Shown here piece after piece: positions 24,253 to 37,309 of a stretch of DNA of 64,000 bases (its first letter is position 1; each line of letters starts with the position of its first letter). The stretch comes from Ginglymostoma cirratum (lineage: Eukaryota): the NCBI GenBank assembly GCA_024137785.1, contig JAHRHZ010000092.1, positions 4,639,200-4,703,199 on the forward strand, given 5' to 3'. Both the position numbers and the translations under genes were made by a program. The notes under the pieces were generated by a model, which saw only the letters and a program-made list of their open reading frames with translations, made no database searches and had not been told where the DNA came from.

Positions 24253-26329
24253 CTGAGGAAGGGCAAGAGTGAAATTAGGAGGGTTTGGGAATAAAGAGAT
24301 GACTCTATTGGTTACACTATCTTATCACACAACTGTTAGAGATGCACTTGTACAATTTTGCTTACCTGATAGGTCAGAAAACATGGGAACTGGTAAATGA
24401 AGACCAAAATGTTATTATGGTAACCTACTTGTGTTTATATATCAGTGTTTATTCACAACAGATGACTATACCTGCTAGGAGGCACCAATTATATAAACAT
24501 TAAGTAGGTTATGCACACAATTTTAAAAGTCTGGTTTTGTTTTATTATTATGTGGGCAAATTGCCACATTTATAGAATTGACCTTGAAATTACACTATGT
24601 GAATATTACTATGCATTCAAATGAAGTTATTTTGATAAAGTGGCACTGAAGCTTGTCAATATTCAATGCACAATTTCAAGGCTGGAATATGTTACTATTG
24701 ATAAAAACATACTAATCTGACAACAGGATACAGATCTAAAGTTCACAGTAACTGATTCGATTCCTTTTAGAATTTTTTTTAGCTCTTTAGTTTTTTTTAA
24801 ATCACTACTTCCAAATTTAGCTAAACCTCCTTTTCCTGTTTGGTGAAACTTCACCCGATAAGCTTTGGTCAATCCTCCAAATTCCTCAAATGACCCAGTC
24901 ACTAATTCTGTCTCAATGGAATACGGATTAGCTTGCGTTTACTGTTTACGTTATAACTCAGAAACGATGGATAATTTCAGACCTCAACTTGTTGCTCTGA
25001 CCAATCGGGTACTGTTGAAATTGTACAACTATTTGTATTTGCTAACTCTAAGATTTAGTGTCAATGGTGGTCACGCAAAAATCAACGTTACCATCAGTAG
25101 GTACACTAGACTTGCAAAGTCCGATTTCTCACATGCTCTGCGAAGCCACAGTTTTCGATAGGCGTTCATGAAGTAATAGCTAATTTTGTGTCTGAGAGAA
25201 GAGGATAAATTTTCTACATTCAAATCTTTCTGAACATAATTGTTGTAAAAGTTGCCAAGACACCAACATACATCACAACCGGACATTAAGAGAAAAAGGT
25301 GCTTAGTTAATTATTTTAACTCTTTCTTTATACACTGACCAGACAAACAACAGAAGTTATGTAACTGACTTTTTTCTCCTTGTTTGTGCATTGTTCCTAA
25401 GCTCAAATTCCTGTAGCAAGGCTAACCTGAAGGTTGAAATATCTCATTTGTTGTAAGTTTACTATACATGCTTTTTGGCAAAAGAGCAAGTTCTCTGATC
25501 AGCATACAGTCAATGACTTACATAGCATTTTAAAGTTGTTAGCTGCTATTAAAAGTTGCTTTGTGCAGCTATGTATTTTACAAACTAGGTTGCAAAACTG
25601 TTTTATTCAGAAAATGATATAATTTTATCAGGCTGCTGAAAATATTGGCAAAAATATATACCTACTAACAGCTTTGTTAACCAGAAACCTCTGTTTCTTC
25701 ATGCTCAAGTATATAGACCACTACAAAATTGTGACCTGGAAATGGAGTCCTGCTGATTCCAACTTGCCAGCACAACAAAAGTGAATTGGAGACCCAATGT
25801 TTGGGCCTCTTCATTCAGCTGCAGAGAACAATCCTCCATTTTGGTGCGCATACTATGAACACACATCTGCAATGCAACATTTCTAACATTACATTTTCAT
25901 TTTCTTTTATAGCAGAGTGCGCAGTTGCTGAGGAGTTGGTAGGAAACAACCTTGAACATTAGGCACTCAAAAACAATCACTGCACTTTCTCTAAACTACC
26001 GAATTAAAATGTTAAAAAGTTCATCAACAAACAAAACTAAAAGAGATTAAACATATAACACTGTACGTTTCCTACTGCTAGCTAGGTGCCTTTAATTTTG
26101 GTTTTGTTTTGCTTTTTTGTCTTTTATGCCAATAGAGTGAATGTTCAAGCTACTCAAGTTTCTGCTTTCGATTATACTTAGAGCAATTTTTGTTTGTTAA
26201 ATCAGCTAGCAATGGGTTTCACTTGGCAAAATTTTGAAAGGTGGTTTCTCGTCAATATCTTTTAATTAGTCTGTGACAATCACAGAAAATCTTTTCTATT
26301 CCAATGTCTTCGCTAAGGCTCATTTAGCT

Positions 26330-26670
26330 GGGGAGGCGATCGCCTAGTGGTATTATCACTAGACTGTTAATCCAGAGACCCAGATAATGTTCCGGGGACC
26401 TGGGTTCAAATCCAGCCATGGCAGATGGTGGAATTTGAATATCTGGAATTAAGGGTCTAATGATGGCATAAATCCATTGCCAATTGTCGGGGGGAAAACC
26501 CATCTGGTTCACTAATGTCCTTTAGGGAAGGAAACTGCCATCCTTACCTGGTCTGGCCTACATGTGACTCCAGACCCACAGCAATGTGGCTGACTCTTAA
26601 CCTGGGCAATTAGGGATGGACAATAACTGCTGCCTGACCAGCGACACCCTCATCCCATGAATGAATAAAG
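26330..26670 (+). mobile_element. tRNA-derived SINE, full length
   Basis: gcctagtggtattatcactagactg (A box), gggttcaaatcc (B box), tail ...catcccatgaatgaataaa; same family at 33860-34180, 47715-48325 and 56948-57297. Confidence 0.85.
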
Positions 26671-28302
26671 AACAGGCATTGGAACTTAAAAGCAAAAACA
26701 AGCTAAAATGGGTTAAATATAATTTAAAGCAGCGCACGGATCAGCTGCAACTGCAAATGTAGTGATTACTGATCATGTGATAAATTCAAAGGGGCTGAAG
26801 TTCCATTCCCCTGCTTTGGCAAAGGTGAACTGCTAGCCAGAGAGGAGCAGTTTACGAAGGCGAAGGGGAGAAGGTGAAATTTCTTTGTGCCAGCTCTCAT
26901 CAAGCTAAAGCATTTAGGGAGCAACAGTAGTATGGTCTTAGTTTATTGATAATCTAGAGATCCAGGCTAAAACTGTGGGCACTCAAGTTCAAATCCTGTC
27001 ACAGCAGCTGACAGAATTTTCATTAATGCAGTATTAATTTTGACATCTCTACTCTAGGGGGCAGTGAAGGCTCAGTCATTGAGTATATTCAAGAAACGGA
27101 TTGATGGCTTTCTATATATTAAAGACATTGAGGGATATGGGGATAGTCTAGGAAAATAGCATTGAGATAGAAGATCAATCATGATCTGCTCGAATGGTAG
27201 AGCAGACTTGATAGCCCAAATGGCCTACTTCTGCTGCTATTTCCTACATTTAGGTCATTTTTAGGTTGTTCTGGAGTCACAAAAGACACTGTATAAATGT
27301 AACCACTTACTTTCATATTTTCTAATGAGTGGGAGTGTACATTTCAGGGTAGTCAGTACGCTTCTGTATCATCCAAATTGTCTCTAACACCTGGTAGTCA
27401 CTTGAAGCCCAAACATCTTAATAACACAGCATGAAATTGTCAATAAAATACTAGATGGTTCTGAATTATTTCAGACCACCTAAAATGTATTTTATACGAA
27501 ATACTTACGTCATCATAAAGAATGTGATTTTGATGCTGTGTTTATATTATGACCATTTGTAGCCTACAGTAATGACAAATATGAATAAGTATAAAAAGGA
27601 ATAGAAATTTCTGGAAGAGCTCAGACAGTCTGGCAGCACCTATGAAGAGAAAGTAGAATTAACATTTCGGTTCCAGTGACCCTTCTTTAGAACTGAGTTT
27701 TTCCAGCAATTTCTATCTTTGTTTTTTATTTCCAGGATCTATAGTTCTTTGGGATTTTTGTGAATAATTATAAATCAGGTAAAGGCACTCTTCTCTCGTA
27801 ATATCGCTAAAGAGCTGTTCACAATACAAATTTAATTTATAAATGCAATGTTCACTCAAATGAAAAATTGTTTAAAGAAAATATTAGCATATCTAGGTTT
27901 ATTCAACTGCTAAAATGAATTTTGGAAAAATATGTATGGTTAAATCATGGAGAGGAGAGCATTGTAAACTTGATAAGTTTCCAAATCTTCAGAGTATGTT
28001 GTTGTGTTTTGGTATCAATTTCTGCTCAGCTCAGTTGTATTACAAAAGTATCAGCGCCAAATAGATTATCAATCAATATTTATCATCATCTTCCATAACT
28101 TAACTTACTGATACTAGGAACACATTATACGTTGCCTGCTTGAAAGACTAAAAAGCCCAAAATATTTGGCTAGATTTAGCACACCTTCATTGTCAATGAG
28201 TAAAAGAAAATTTAATAGCAGCAATTTAAAACAGCATGGCATGATGCCTAGAGGGGAAAGTGCTGTTTTTTCTGATTTTGTACTGCCATGAATGATAGTT
28301 TA

Positions 28303-28416
<114 letters not shown>

Positions 28417-28627
28417 CTAACCAACATAAGAAATTCCAATATTCAGTGAAATGACAAATTATATAAAATACATATCCACTAGCTGAATGTGGTAGCCTTT
28501 TAATGCAGTTTCTACCACATTAGATGTAGAACCAGTGGGACTTAGTGGGCTACATTTGAAACCTACACATAATATTTCAATTAATTGATATTTAAGTTCT
28601 GTCTGAATATTCTTACTTTATAGACAG

Positions 28628-28709
28628 GATTCTAGCGAGATTAAATTGCTGAAGGAGCTCCTGGACTTAGAGAAAGAATTGGTGATGATAAGACTTTCAT
28701 CACTGGAAG
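28628..28709 (+). pseudogene. Inverted, diverged duplicate of a downstream RyR exon (~human RYR1 exon 88)
   Basis: ttactttatagacag|GATTCTAGC...CTGGAAG|gtaaat; 82 nt; [27 protein letters not shown](G) versus RyR [27 protein letters not shown](G). Confidence 0.85.
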
Positions 28710-30149
28710 GTAAATGCAATGGTGTAACGTACTGGAGAAGGTAACTTGTATTATATGAAGAAATACAACAAGCTAAATTTTTATTCAATTCAGTTCAACA
28801 AGCCCTTACTTCTACTACCTTCATGAATTAGCCACTCCCTTCATAAGATCTTATAAGTAAGCGAAGAACTGCCAGATAGAGTCAAAGATGTCTATAGCAT
28901 GGAAACAGGCCCTTCAGCCCAATTTGTCCATGCTACTCAGCTTTCACAAGTAAATTAGACAAGTTGTACCACTTGACCACCAAAACTAAAAAGAGAATCG
29001 GGAACATTGTCCTTTAGTTGTATAGGGCTTTATGTAAGACTGCACCTGGAATACTCTATGATTCTGATCTCCATAATTAAGGAAGCTTACATATCCATTG
29101 GAAACAGTGCAGTCAAGGTTCAGCAGATTGCTCCTAGGATGTGAGGGTTGTCCTTTGATGACAGGCTGAGTTAATTGGGTCTGTGTTCTCTGGAGTTATA
29201 AAGAATGAGATGTGATAGAATCAGAGGTCAATAGCACAGGAAAAGGCCTGTCAGCCCATCAGGTCTGCACCAATCAAAACAAGCGCTTAACTATTTTAAT
29301 TCCACTTTCCAGCACTTGGTCTAGAGCCTTATGTGCTCTTGGCATCATAAGCCGACTCCTAAATACTTAAATGATGAGGGTTTCTGTGGCAGTGCAGAAG
29401 TATACCATAAATAGACTTGAGTTGTGCTATGATGATGGCGCAGCGAGGCTTGCATGTCAGAAGCCACTATCCATGGATGAGGTGTGTGCGGCTGTTGTCC
29501 TGGACTGCGCTCTGGGAGATTGGTGCTGGGCATTCAAGATGGAACAAGCAGTGAGCTGGAGTCACCAGGTAACACTCTAACCTTTATGTTGATAATTCTC
29601 AGCATCTAGTTTCTATCCAGTGTCTGATGAGACTAGTTAGTAATAAGAATGATAATGAGCAACAATCTCCATTAATACAGCTCTAATCTCTCACTGGTGA
29701 CAAGCTTGCCTTAGAAAATCTGGTAAATACGACTCGTTCCTCATGAAGTTGAGAAATACCTCGCTCAATTTCTCAAAAGAAATTCCCAAATTTCTCACCA
29801 TAATCCACATTGTTTAGGTCATGTGAAGATTCTGCCTCATGCATTTGGATCAGTTCAGTGTAAAATGCAAAGGCACTGGCGGTTATCTTTCAATCATCCT
29901 GAGGATCCATAGATTCCTCTTCAAATCTAGCGACTATCAGGTTCTTTTGGGCTTGTCTGCCTTGTCGCAGAACTGTTTTGGTTTCTTCAGTATCATTATC
30001 AGAGGACTGGAGAATTGCAAGCATGGTGCCCCTTCCAAAAAAAATACTAAAAGGATAAGCCCAAGCCAGGAACTACAGTTTAACTTAAGTGGCAAGGAAA
30101 CTTCTGTAAATAGTTATGTGGGATAGAAATATGGGTCATATGGAAAAAA

Positions 30150-31310
30150 AACTGATTAATTAGGAACAGCCAGCATGAATTTCTTAAGGGAAAATCACAT
30201 TAACTAACTTGGGAATTTTTTGAAGAGGTAACAGAACGTTGCTGAGGGTAATGCTATCGGTGTGGAGTACACAGACCTTGAAAAAGTATTTCCTACAGTA
30301 CCTACACAACAGACTTGTGGGAAAAGTTACTGCTCATGAAATAAATGGGACAGTAACAACATGGATATAGAAACATTTCCTGATATATATACACATGATC
30401 TAGATCTTTATATGGAAAGTTTTCAGATGAAACAACATTAGCAAATAATGTGAACTGAGAGGACAGTGTAGAACTGCTAAAAGACTGTGTGAAAAGTTGG
30501 AATGGCTGATAGGTGACATATGAAGTTCAATGTGCAGAAATGAGAAGTGATATTTTCAACAGAAAGAACATGGAGAGGCAGTATAAAATAAATGCTGTTA
30601 GCCTAAAAGGTTTATAAGAGCATAGAGATCTGGATGCCTGTGTGCATAGATGCCAGGACAAATAGAACAAACAGTTAAAAATGCACATTGTTTCCTAGGT
30701 TTCATTAACAAGGACATTGTGTACACAGGCAAGGAGGTTATGCTGAATTCGTAGAAGATACTAGTCAGACCTCAGCTGGAGTATTGTATTATTCTGGATA
30801 GTAAACTTTGGAAACAATGTGAACACCATTAGAGAGATTGCAGAAAAAGGTGTATGAGAACAGTTTCAGGGATAAGAAACATCAGTTATGAGGCAGGATT
30901 GGAGAAGGTGGGACCGTTTCCCTCAGAGGTGAAGGCTAAGAACAGATTTGAGGAAAGTTTTCAAAATCAGGAGATGTCTATACAGAGTACACAGGGAAGT
31001 CTGCTTGTAAAAGGATCTAGAATGAGAGGGCACAGATATAAGGTAATTTGAAAAGAAGCAATGTGACACGAAAACAACTCATTGTGTGAAAGAAGTATAA
31101 TGGCTGGGACACATCTGGAATTGTGGCAGAGGCAGGTTCAACTCAGACATTGAAGAGGGCAGAAGATGACTATTTAAACAAAAATAATATTCAGGGTTAT
31201 GGGGCAAAAGTAGGACAATGGCACTGAGTCATAGTTCTTGTTCAGAGAGCTGATGCGGACAAAATGGGCCAAATAGCCTCCTTCCTTACTATAACAATTC
31301 TGTGATTGTG
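30150..31310 (+). mobile_element. Degraded CR1 LINE 3' portion
   Basis: RTVSGIRNISYEAGLEKVG...GSRMRGHRYKV and a typical CR1 3' UTR ending attctgtgatt. Confidence 0.85.
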
Positions 31311-32837
31311 TGGACAATCAGAAATCAGATAATGATCACTTCCTTTGTACCTCTAAAATGTTAAGATACTTTTTTGACAATAATTTGTAAGTTAATTTGT
31401 TCGTTTAGTTTTAATAACCTTTTGTCCTCCTTATAATGCTGATCTAAGGCTTCTGACCCCCTTCAAAGAAAAGGCTACTGAACTGGCAGAAGAACAAGAC
31501 ACGCCAGCTGTATGGGGCAGGCGTCATTGAGTATCTACAGTCTTCTAATATATGGTCTCCTAGTTCTGAAGAAAGGTCAGTGAGCTGATGGTTCACGGCC
31601 TAGTAAGAGTTGTAGCTCCTTTTACTTTATAAGTGTGAATGCTGGCAGATGTGCGAGAGGCAGTACCAATGTTTTACAAGTACTGTAATGTAGTGATACA
31701 TTGTTTGCACATGGCACTCAACTCACACTCATAGGAGCGTGCATCATTGAGTAGGCAGTGGTGTGGACCCTGGCAGATTGCAGTAGATTGTTCGTCTTCT
31801 TACAGCATTGGAGCCAGTTCCTTTTGGGCCACTCATGGGCACTGACCTCACAGTCACCTCCATCCAGTTTGCTTTCATTCATTGGGGTGGCCTCCTTTGC
31901 CAATCCTTGAGAAGAGAACTTCCCTTCTTTCCTGGGCAGCTTTCAAAAAATCTCTACAGAGACATCAGTGAAATGAGGCACCAATTTCTGCATGGTCTCT
32001 GACGTCATCAGGGATGGATAGGGGTGATGAGCAAAGGTTGAGTGATGCTCTTGGGTTGCAGAGTGTGAAGTGCTTTCAAAAATGGCATCTGGATGCTGGA
32101 GCCTGGAAGGTCCCCATGAGGGTAGGACTTTCATCCATTACATTTGGTGTTCTACTTGTGTATGCATACATAGTGAACTGAGAAGAATGTAATCCATGCA
32201 AGAAAACTTGACTCTGAGCAGAAGAACCTCTACCATTAGGAGGACCTCAGACTAAGTCTCAAAAAATCAAGATGCTGTCCAAAGGTACTGATGTTTACTC
32301 AAGTCCATCAAGAGAACAGGCTGGCAGAGGGGCTTGGACATTGGGAAGATCAGAGATTGCGGGTCTCATCTGAGGCTAGATCAGTACTGCCCTAAAACAA
32401 CTAGACCCTGGTTGGGAACTCAGGAGAATATAATCCGTACGTGTGTTATATCATTTTATGGAAGTGCTACAATATGATGAGTTTAATAATACATGTAAAA
32501 TTACACAAATTAGGATTCTTGCTGTTCTTTCATAGTATGTTATCTCAGATGTGATATTTCTGTTTTTACTTGACTCTTTCATTAAATTGCAGTCATTCAA
32601 AGAAAACTTAGGGGAATACAGTGGGCTAGTGGCAATGTTACTGGAGGCTATCCCACCACAGCAATTAAAAATCAAATGAATACAGAATATAAAGGTAGTT
32701 TCAGTAATGGTGACCATATTAATTATAATTTATTAATGTGAAAACTGCTCTGGTTCACTAATACTCTAAGGAGCCTTGTGGTACAGTGGTAATGTCCCCC
32801 TGGGATAGAAACTCCAGGACTTGATGGCCAAGGTAGG

Positions 32838-33070
32838 TGTAGTGACTGCAACAAGGTCAGCCAGCTGGACCACACAGAATACAAGTTCCCTGATTGGGCT
32901 GTTAATCTAGTTCAATCAGGGAGCCCTGGCTGACAGATAAAAAGGGGAGTTTTAGAGATACTGCCACGCTGAGAGCTAACGCTGGATGAGATAGTACTAA
33001 AGTCAAGGACTATTCATGAGTAAATAAAGGGTGACTTGTTGATGGGATACCTGCCTCTGGAGTGTCAATT
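32838..33070 (+). mobile_element. Probable solo LTR nested in an older SINE
   Basis: Starts TGTAGTG; internal fold-back gtcagccag..ttccctgattg/caatcagggag..ctggctgac; TATA-like gataaaaa and AATAAA at ~33023. Confidence 0.55.
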
Positions 33071-33080
33071 TGTAAATCTC

Positions 33081-33087
<7 letters not shown>

Positions 33088-33110
<23 letters not shown>
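33088..33110 (+). repeat. (CA)n microsatellite
   Basis: About 11 AC units. Confidence 0.95.
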
Positions 33111-33111
<1 letters not shown>

Positions 33112-33255
33112 CCCTACCTGCCCTCCCCCATCCCCACTGAAATGGCCTCGTAAGTTCCTCATTTCAAGGGCAATTAGAGATGAGCAACAAATTTCTGGCC
33201 TTACCTTGAAAGAAATAGAATGCATATTTGTACATAAAGTAACAGTTGTCTGTAC

Positions 33256-33393
33256 CTGCTCCAAGTGAAACAGGACAGCAGAGACTTCTTGCACTCTTTT
33301 CACAATCTTGTCAGGGTTATTGCTGTCTTCAGCCTTGCCAGCCATGTCCTTGTACAATGCCATCTGCCATCGCATAGCTGAAGAATTTTCACA
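33256..33393 (-). CDS. RYR1: RYR1 exon (~73), 138 nt
   Basis: tttatag|TGTGAA...GAGCAG|gtacag; [46 protein letters not shown]. Confidence 0.96.
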
Positions 33394-33859
33394 CTATAAA
33401 ACACATTCATAAAATGAATGTTATCAATTCAGTGCAATCGTTTTACAATTTGGCCTAGTATGAGGCCCTATTACTGTTCACTGCAAAATACTATAAAAAT
33501 GTGCAGTACAAGATCATATGAAGAAAACAACCTTGCATTTATATACAGCCTTTAATGTGGTAAAACATCTCGAAGTGCTTCACAGAATCTTAATCAGAGA
33601 ACCAATGAGACTGAGCTAAAGGAGACATCATGATAGGTGGAAAGGGGTGTATTTTCTCAGGAGGGTGCTGTTGATAGAACAGGAAAGTATGTTGGATGGT
33701 CATATGCTTGGTGGGAATCATGTTTCAGGAAAGGAAGTGGCAATCAGTGACAAGATAATCTTAAACAGTGCACGAGGGAGATCAGAGAGAAACCCAAAAG
33801 GGAGTTTGAATCCAAGGCAGGGGCTTAGCTTAGTGCGCTAAGGGAAGTGAGGGTGAGCC

Positions 33860-34180
33860 TCAACAGCATTTTGTCGCCTACCCTTAGTCACCTGTGAATT
33901 GAGTGTCTTGCAAGGCCATTTCAGAGGGCAATTACGGGTCACCCACAGCTATGGATCTGGAGTCACATGTAGGCCAGACAAGGCAAGGAAATCAGTGAAC
34001 CAGGTGAGTTTTTATGACAAATCAACAACAATATGTCAATGAGACTAGCTTTTAATCCCAGAATTATTCATTGAATCTAAATCCTACCAGTTACCATGGG
34101 TGGGATTTGAACCCACAGCTCCAGAACATTGCTTGGCTCTCTGGATTATGGGCCAGTGACACTATCACTATGCTATCACA
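33860..34180 (-). mobile_element. tRNA-derived SINE (same family as 26330)
   Basis: Reverse-complement motifs ggagtcacatgtaggccagac and ggatttgaaccc. Confidence 0.75.
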
Positions 34181-35289
34181 TCTGGCACAGGGCAGTAGAA
34201 CAGATCATCTCAAAATTATTGACAAACGTTTAAGGTTCAATTTTCAGGTTCACCCCCATCCCTCTTTTGACAATACCTTCTAAATCTGTGACCTTACAAC
34301 CTTGAAGGACAAGACTGTTGCTCTGGTCAAAATCCTGAAACTTCCTCAGTAACAACACTATGGGTGTCCCGACACCATAAGGATAGCAGCGGTCCATCAC
34401 TTTTGCCAAGGCAATTAGACATGGGAAATAACTGATGGCCCAGCAAGCAACACCCACATCCCTTGAACAAATGCAAGAAAAAAAGTTAGGAACAGAACCA
34501 TTGGATAGGACAGGGATGTGGAGATCTGAATATACTGGGGGTTTAACTGGGGAGTTAATTGGCACAATCAATTCCCAGCAATCTTTGGGAATCAAGCTTG
34601 GGACTCAGAAAGGTCACTCACCCTTATGAGGTGGGAAAGCAATTAAACTCATTAAGGGTTTTGTTAAATGCAGGTCTAGATGGCTAATTCGGATTTGCCA
34701 GTCAGCTTTGAGTTTCCCAATTTGACATGCATCATAAAGCAACTGACAATGGCAAGTAGGGGTAGCTGAGCTGCTAGCAAGCCAACAAGGCCCCCTCTGC
34801 TTTACTGGATGGAAGTATAGCTGAAGTCCACTCTAGGGAGATCCTGCATCCCACAACTTTCTCACACTGGTGGCCTAGTTGCCTTTACATTATTTTTAAA
34901 TAAAAGCCGTTAGAAAGTGGCCGAAAAGCCACCTTCACGTCGAGGCATCTTATCTCTGTTACATATCATGTGCTCTAGCCTGGTGCTTCTCTGAAGCGAG
35001 AAGGCCTCTGACAGGCTATCCAGCTTTGACAGCCTGTTTGCCCGCTGCTCGCAATTGTACAGAAAACCTGTCTCCATGCCAGTTAATAGCTTATACATCT
35101 GAAAACCTTTAGTTAGTTACCCACCCCCAACCAAGAAGCAGCTTTCTGACCCAAAATCCCAGCTCCTGGTTCCCGAGATGGGGTGGGAATTTAGACTGTG
35201 GTTTTGTGGTTCCTTCTGCTTTCAAACTGGGCCTTTCAAATAGTAATGATTGAAGCTAAAACATTCTTGCAAAGCATGTTCTAACACGA

Positions 35290-35745
35290 CATTGACAGTT
35301 ATCATTCACCTGATAGCATTCTCATCTCTGAATTAGAAGTTTGTGGGTTCAATTCGTACAGAATCCAGGCTGACATTCCAGTGCAGCACTTAGTGAGAGC
35401 TGCACTATCAGAGGTGCTTTCTTTTGGACTAGGCATCAAACAGAGATGCTATCTGCCCTTTCAGGACAACATAAGATCTTATGACACTATTTTGAAGAAG
35501 AACAGGGGAGTTATCCTCAGTGCCCTTGATAATATTTATCTCGGTCAATATTACAGAAACAGATTGTCTCTTCATCATCGCATACCTGTTCATAGGAACT
35601 TGGTGAGTAAAAACTAGCTGTCACATTTCCTATATTTCAACGGTCACCACACTCCAAATAGTGTAGTAATACTCCATTGGCTGTACAGCATTTTGGGACA
35701 TTTGGTGATCCTCAAATGCACTATATAAATGCAAATACTTTTCTT
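35290..35745 (+). mobile_element. Deu-SINE (SacSINE1/AmnSINE1-like)
   Basis: Deu-domain motifs ccagtgcagcact..gctgcactatcagaggtgc and cactattttgaagaagaacaggggagttatcc; L2-like tail ctatataaatgcaa. Confidence 0.8.
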
Positions 35746-35827
35746 TTATGTTAAGCAACATTTCTTGCCCATATACTAACCTTTACATTCCTTTCAAAAT
35801 GCCTCAGTTATAATAATGATGAGTTGC

Positions 35828-35931
35828 AACAGTGAACAATGGTAACAGTGAACAATGGTAACAGTGAACAATGGNNNNNNNNNNGGTAACAGTGAACAAT
35901 GGTAACAGTGAACAATGGTAACAGTGAACAA
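35828..35931 (+). repeat. 16-bp minisatellite (AACAGTGAACAATGGT)n spanning an assembly gap
   Basis: About 3 perfect units on each side of 10 Ns at 35875-35884. Confidence 0.95.
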
Positions 35932-37309
35932 GTGAAACTAACACAAACATGATGATTTGCAAATAATTAAAATAAGCAACATCAGTTTTTTTATAAATAA
36001 TATAATTCTCATTTCAGTTTATCCTAAACAATTGCTTGCTTTGTATTACTCAATGTAAAGGCAGGGTATCTCAAGCGAGCATTTTCCACACTCGCGTATA
36101 AATGAACCACTTTACGGACTAATGCAGGTATCAGTGAGGGCTCAGCAGCAGCCACACCAAAACTGCCCATTTCCAGCTCTACAATATGTCCAGCCTATGC
36201 CTTTATCTAAAATGTTTAATCACACCTTTGACACATCTAGACTCAAAGCTCAGGGTTGGGTAGGGGTGAGAGTCTACTGTCTAGAGGTCAGGAAACTCAG
36301 AAGAATGGATCCACTTCTGATCCCGTGCTTTAATGTTAGGTAGGTTGGCTCTTGGTACCAAGCATCATGAAGTCAAAAGGTTGGAGGGATCTGAAGCCTT
36401 GTTCTGTTTTCAAGAAGAGCAACCTTCCCTCTGTCAAAGCCATTTGCAGGCCAAGGTTTTGAAGTTGGATTTCTTTGGGGAATTAGGGGCCACTGGCAGC
36501 TGGAGAGAAAAGCAGAGCAAGTTGCAGGGAGGCTGGGGCACAATGGTGGTGGAGAAGAAGTTTGAGGGCAGTGCAGGTAGCGAAGTGGGGAAACTGGAAG
36601 AGTCGATGTTGAGGGAGAGTGTGAGGAAAGAGAGAGCTTGGAAACTTGTGGTAGTGCCAATGGCAGGGGCAGGTGGTGGGTAAACTGGACCCAGCCTGCA
36701 AGTGGAAAAGCACATCACCTGGACCCAGCGGTCCACACCTCTCCACAGGATCAAGACCTGGCAAACCTGGTTGGCCAGGGTTAATTGGAAAATGATTGTT
36801 AATTCAGAGGATCACAGGCTAATTATAGAACTTAAATGAAACCTGGCCTCTTGCAAGCTGTTTGGTTACCCATCCTGCATCCTAAGTACATGAATTGGAG
36901 TCAGGTTGGAGGTCTGGCTTTCGGGCATTACAATTCTACAAAATTATTCCAAAGTTTATCATGCTATTTTCCGGATATCAGAATGCAACTTGTCTGATCT
37001 TCACAACCGCATTCTATTTTGTACTACATATTGCTCCTCTATCCTCTCCCGCTTTCAGCGGCCCCAGATTCTCCAAAGAAATCCAACTTCTAAATCTTGG
37101 CCTGCAAATGGCTTTGACAGAGAGATGGTTCCTCTCTGAAAGAGGAACAATAGCTTCATATTCTTTCATTTTATTTTGTAACACAATGGAGCCAGTTATA
37201 AGGACTTGGTCATTAAATGCTCTCTCAAATTAACTAATGGGATAAGAAACTGGGTGCATTCTGTTGTAGCTGGCAATTGTCCACTCAATTTTGTCCAGCT
37301 TTATCTTGC

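Noticed and set aside
36333-36764. Cluster of 93-116 aa ORFs on both strands
   Set aside because: Low-complexity translations in GC-richer, repeat-like sequence with no splice-compatible or recognisable protein.
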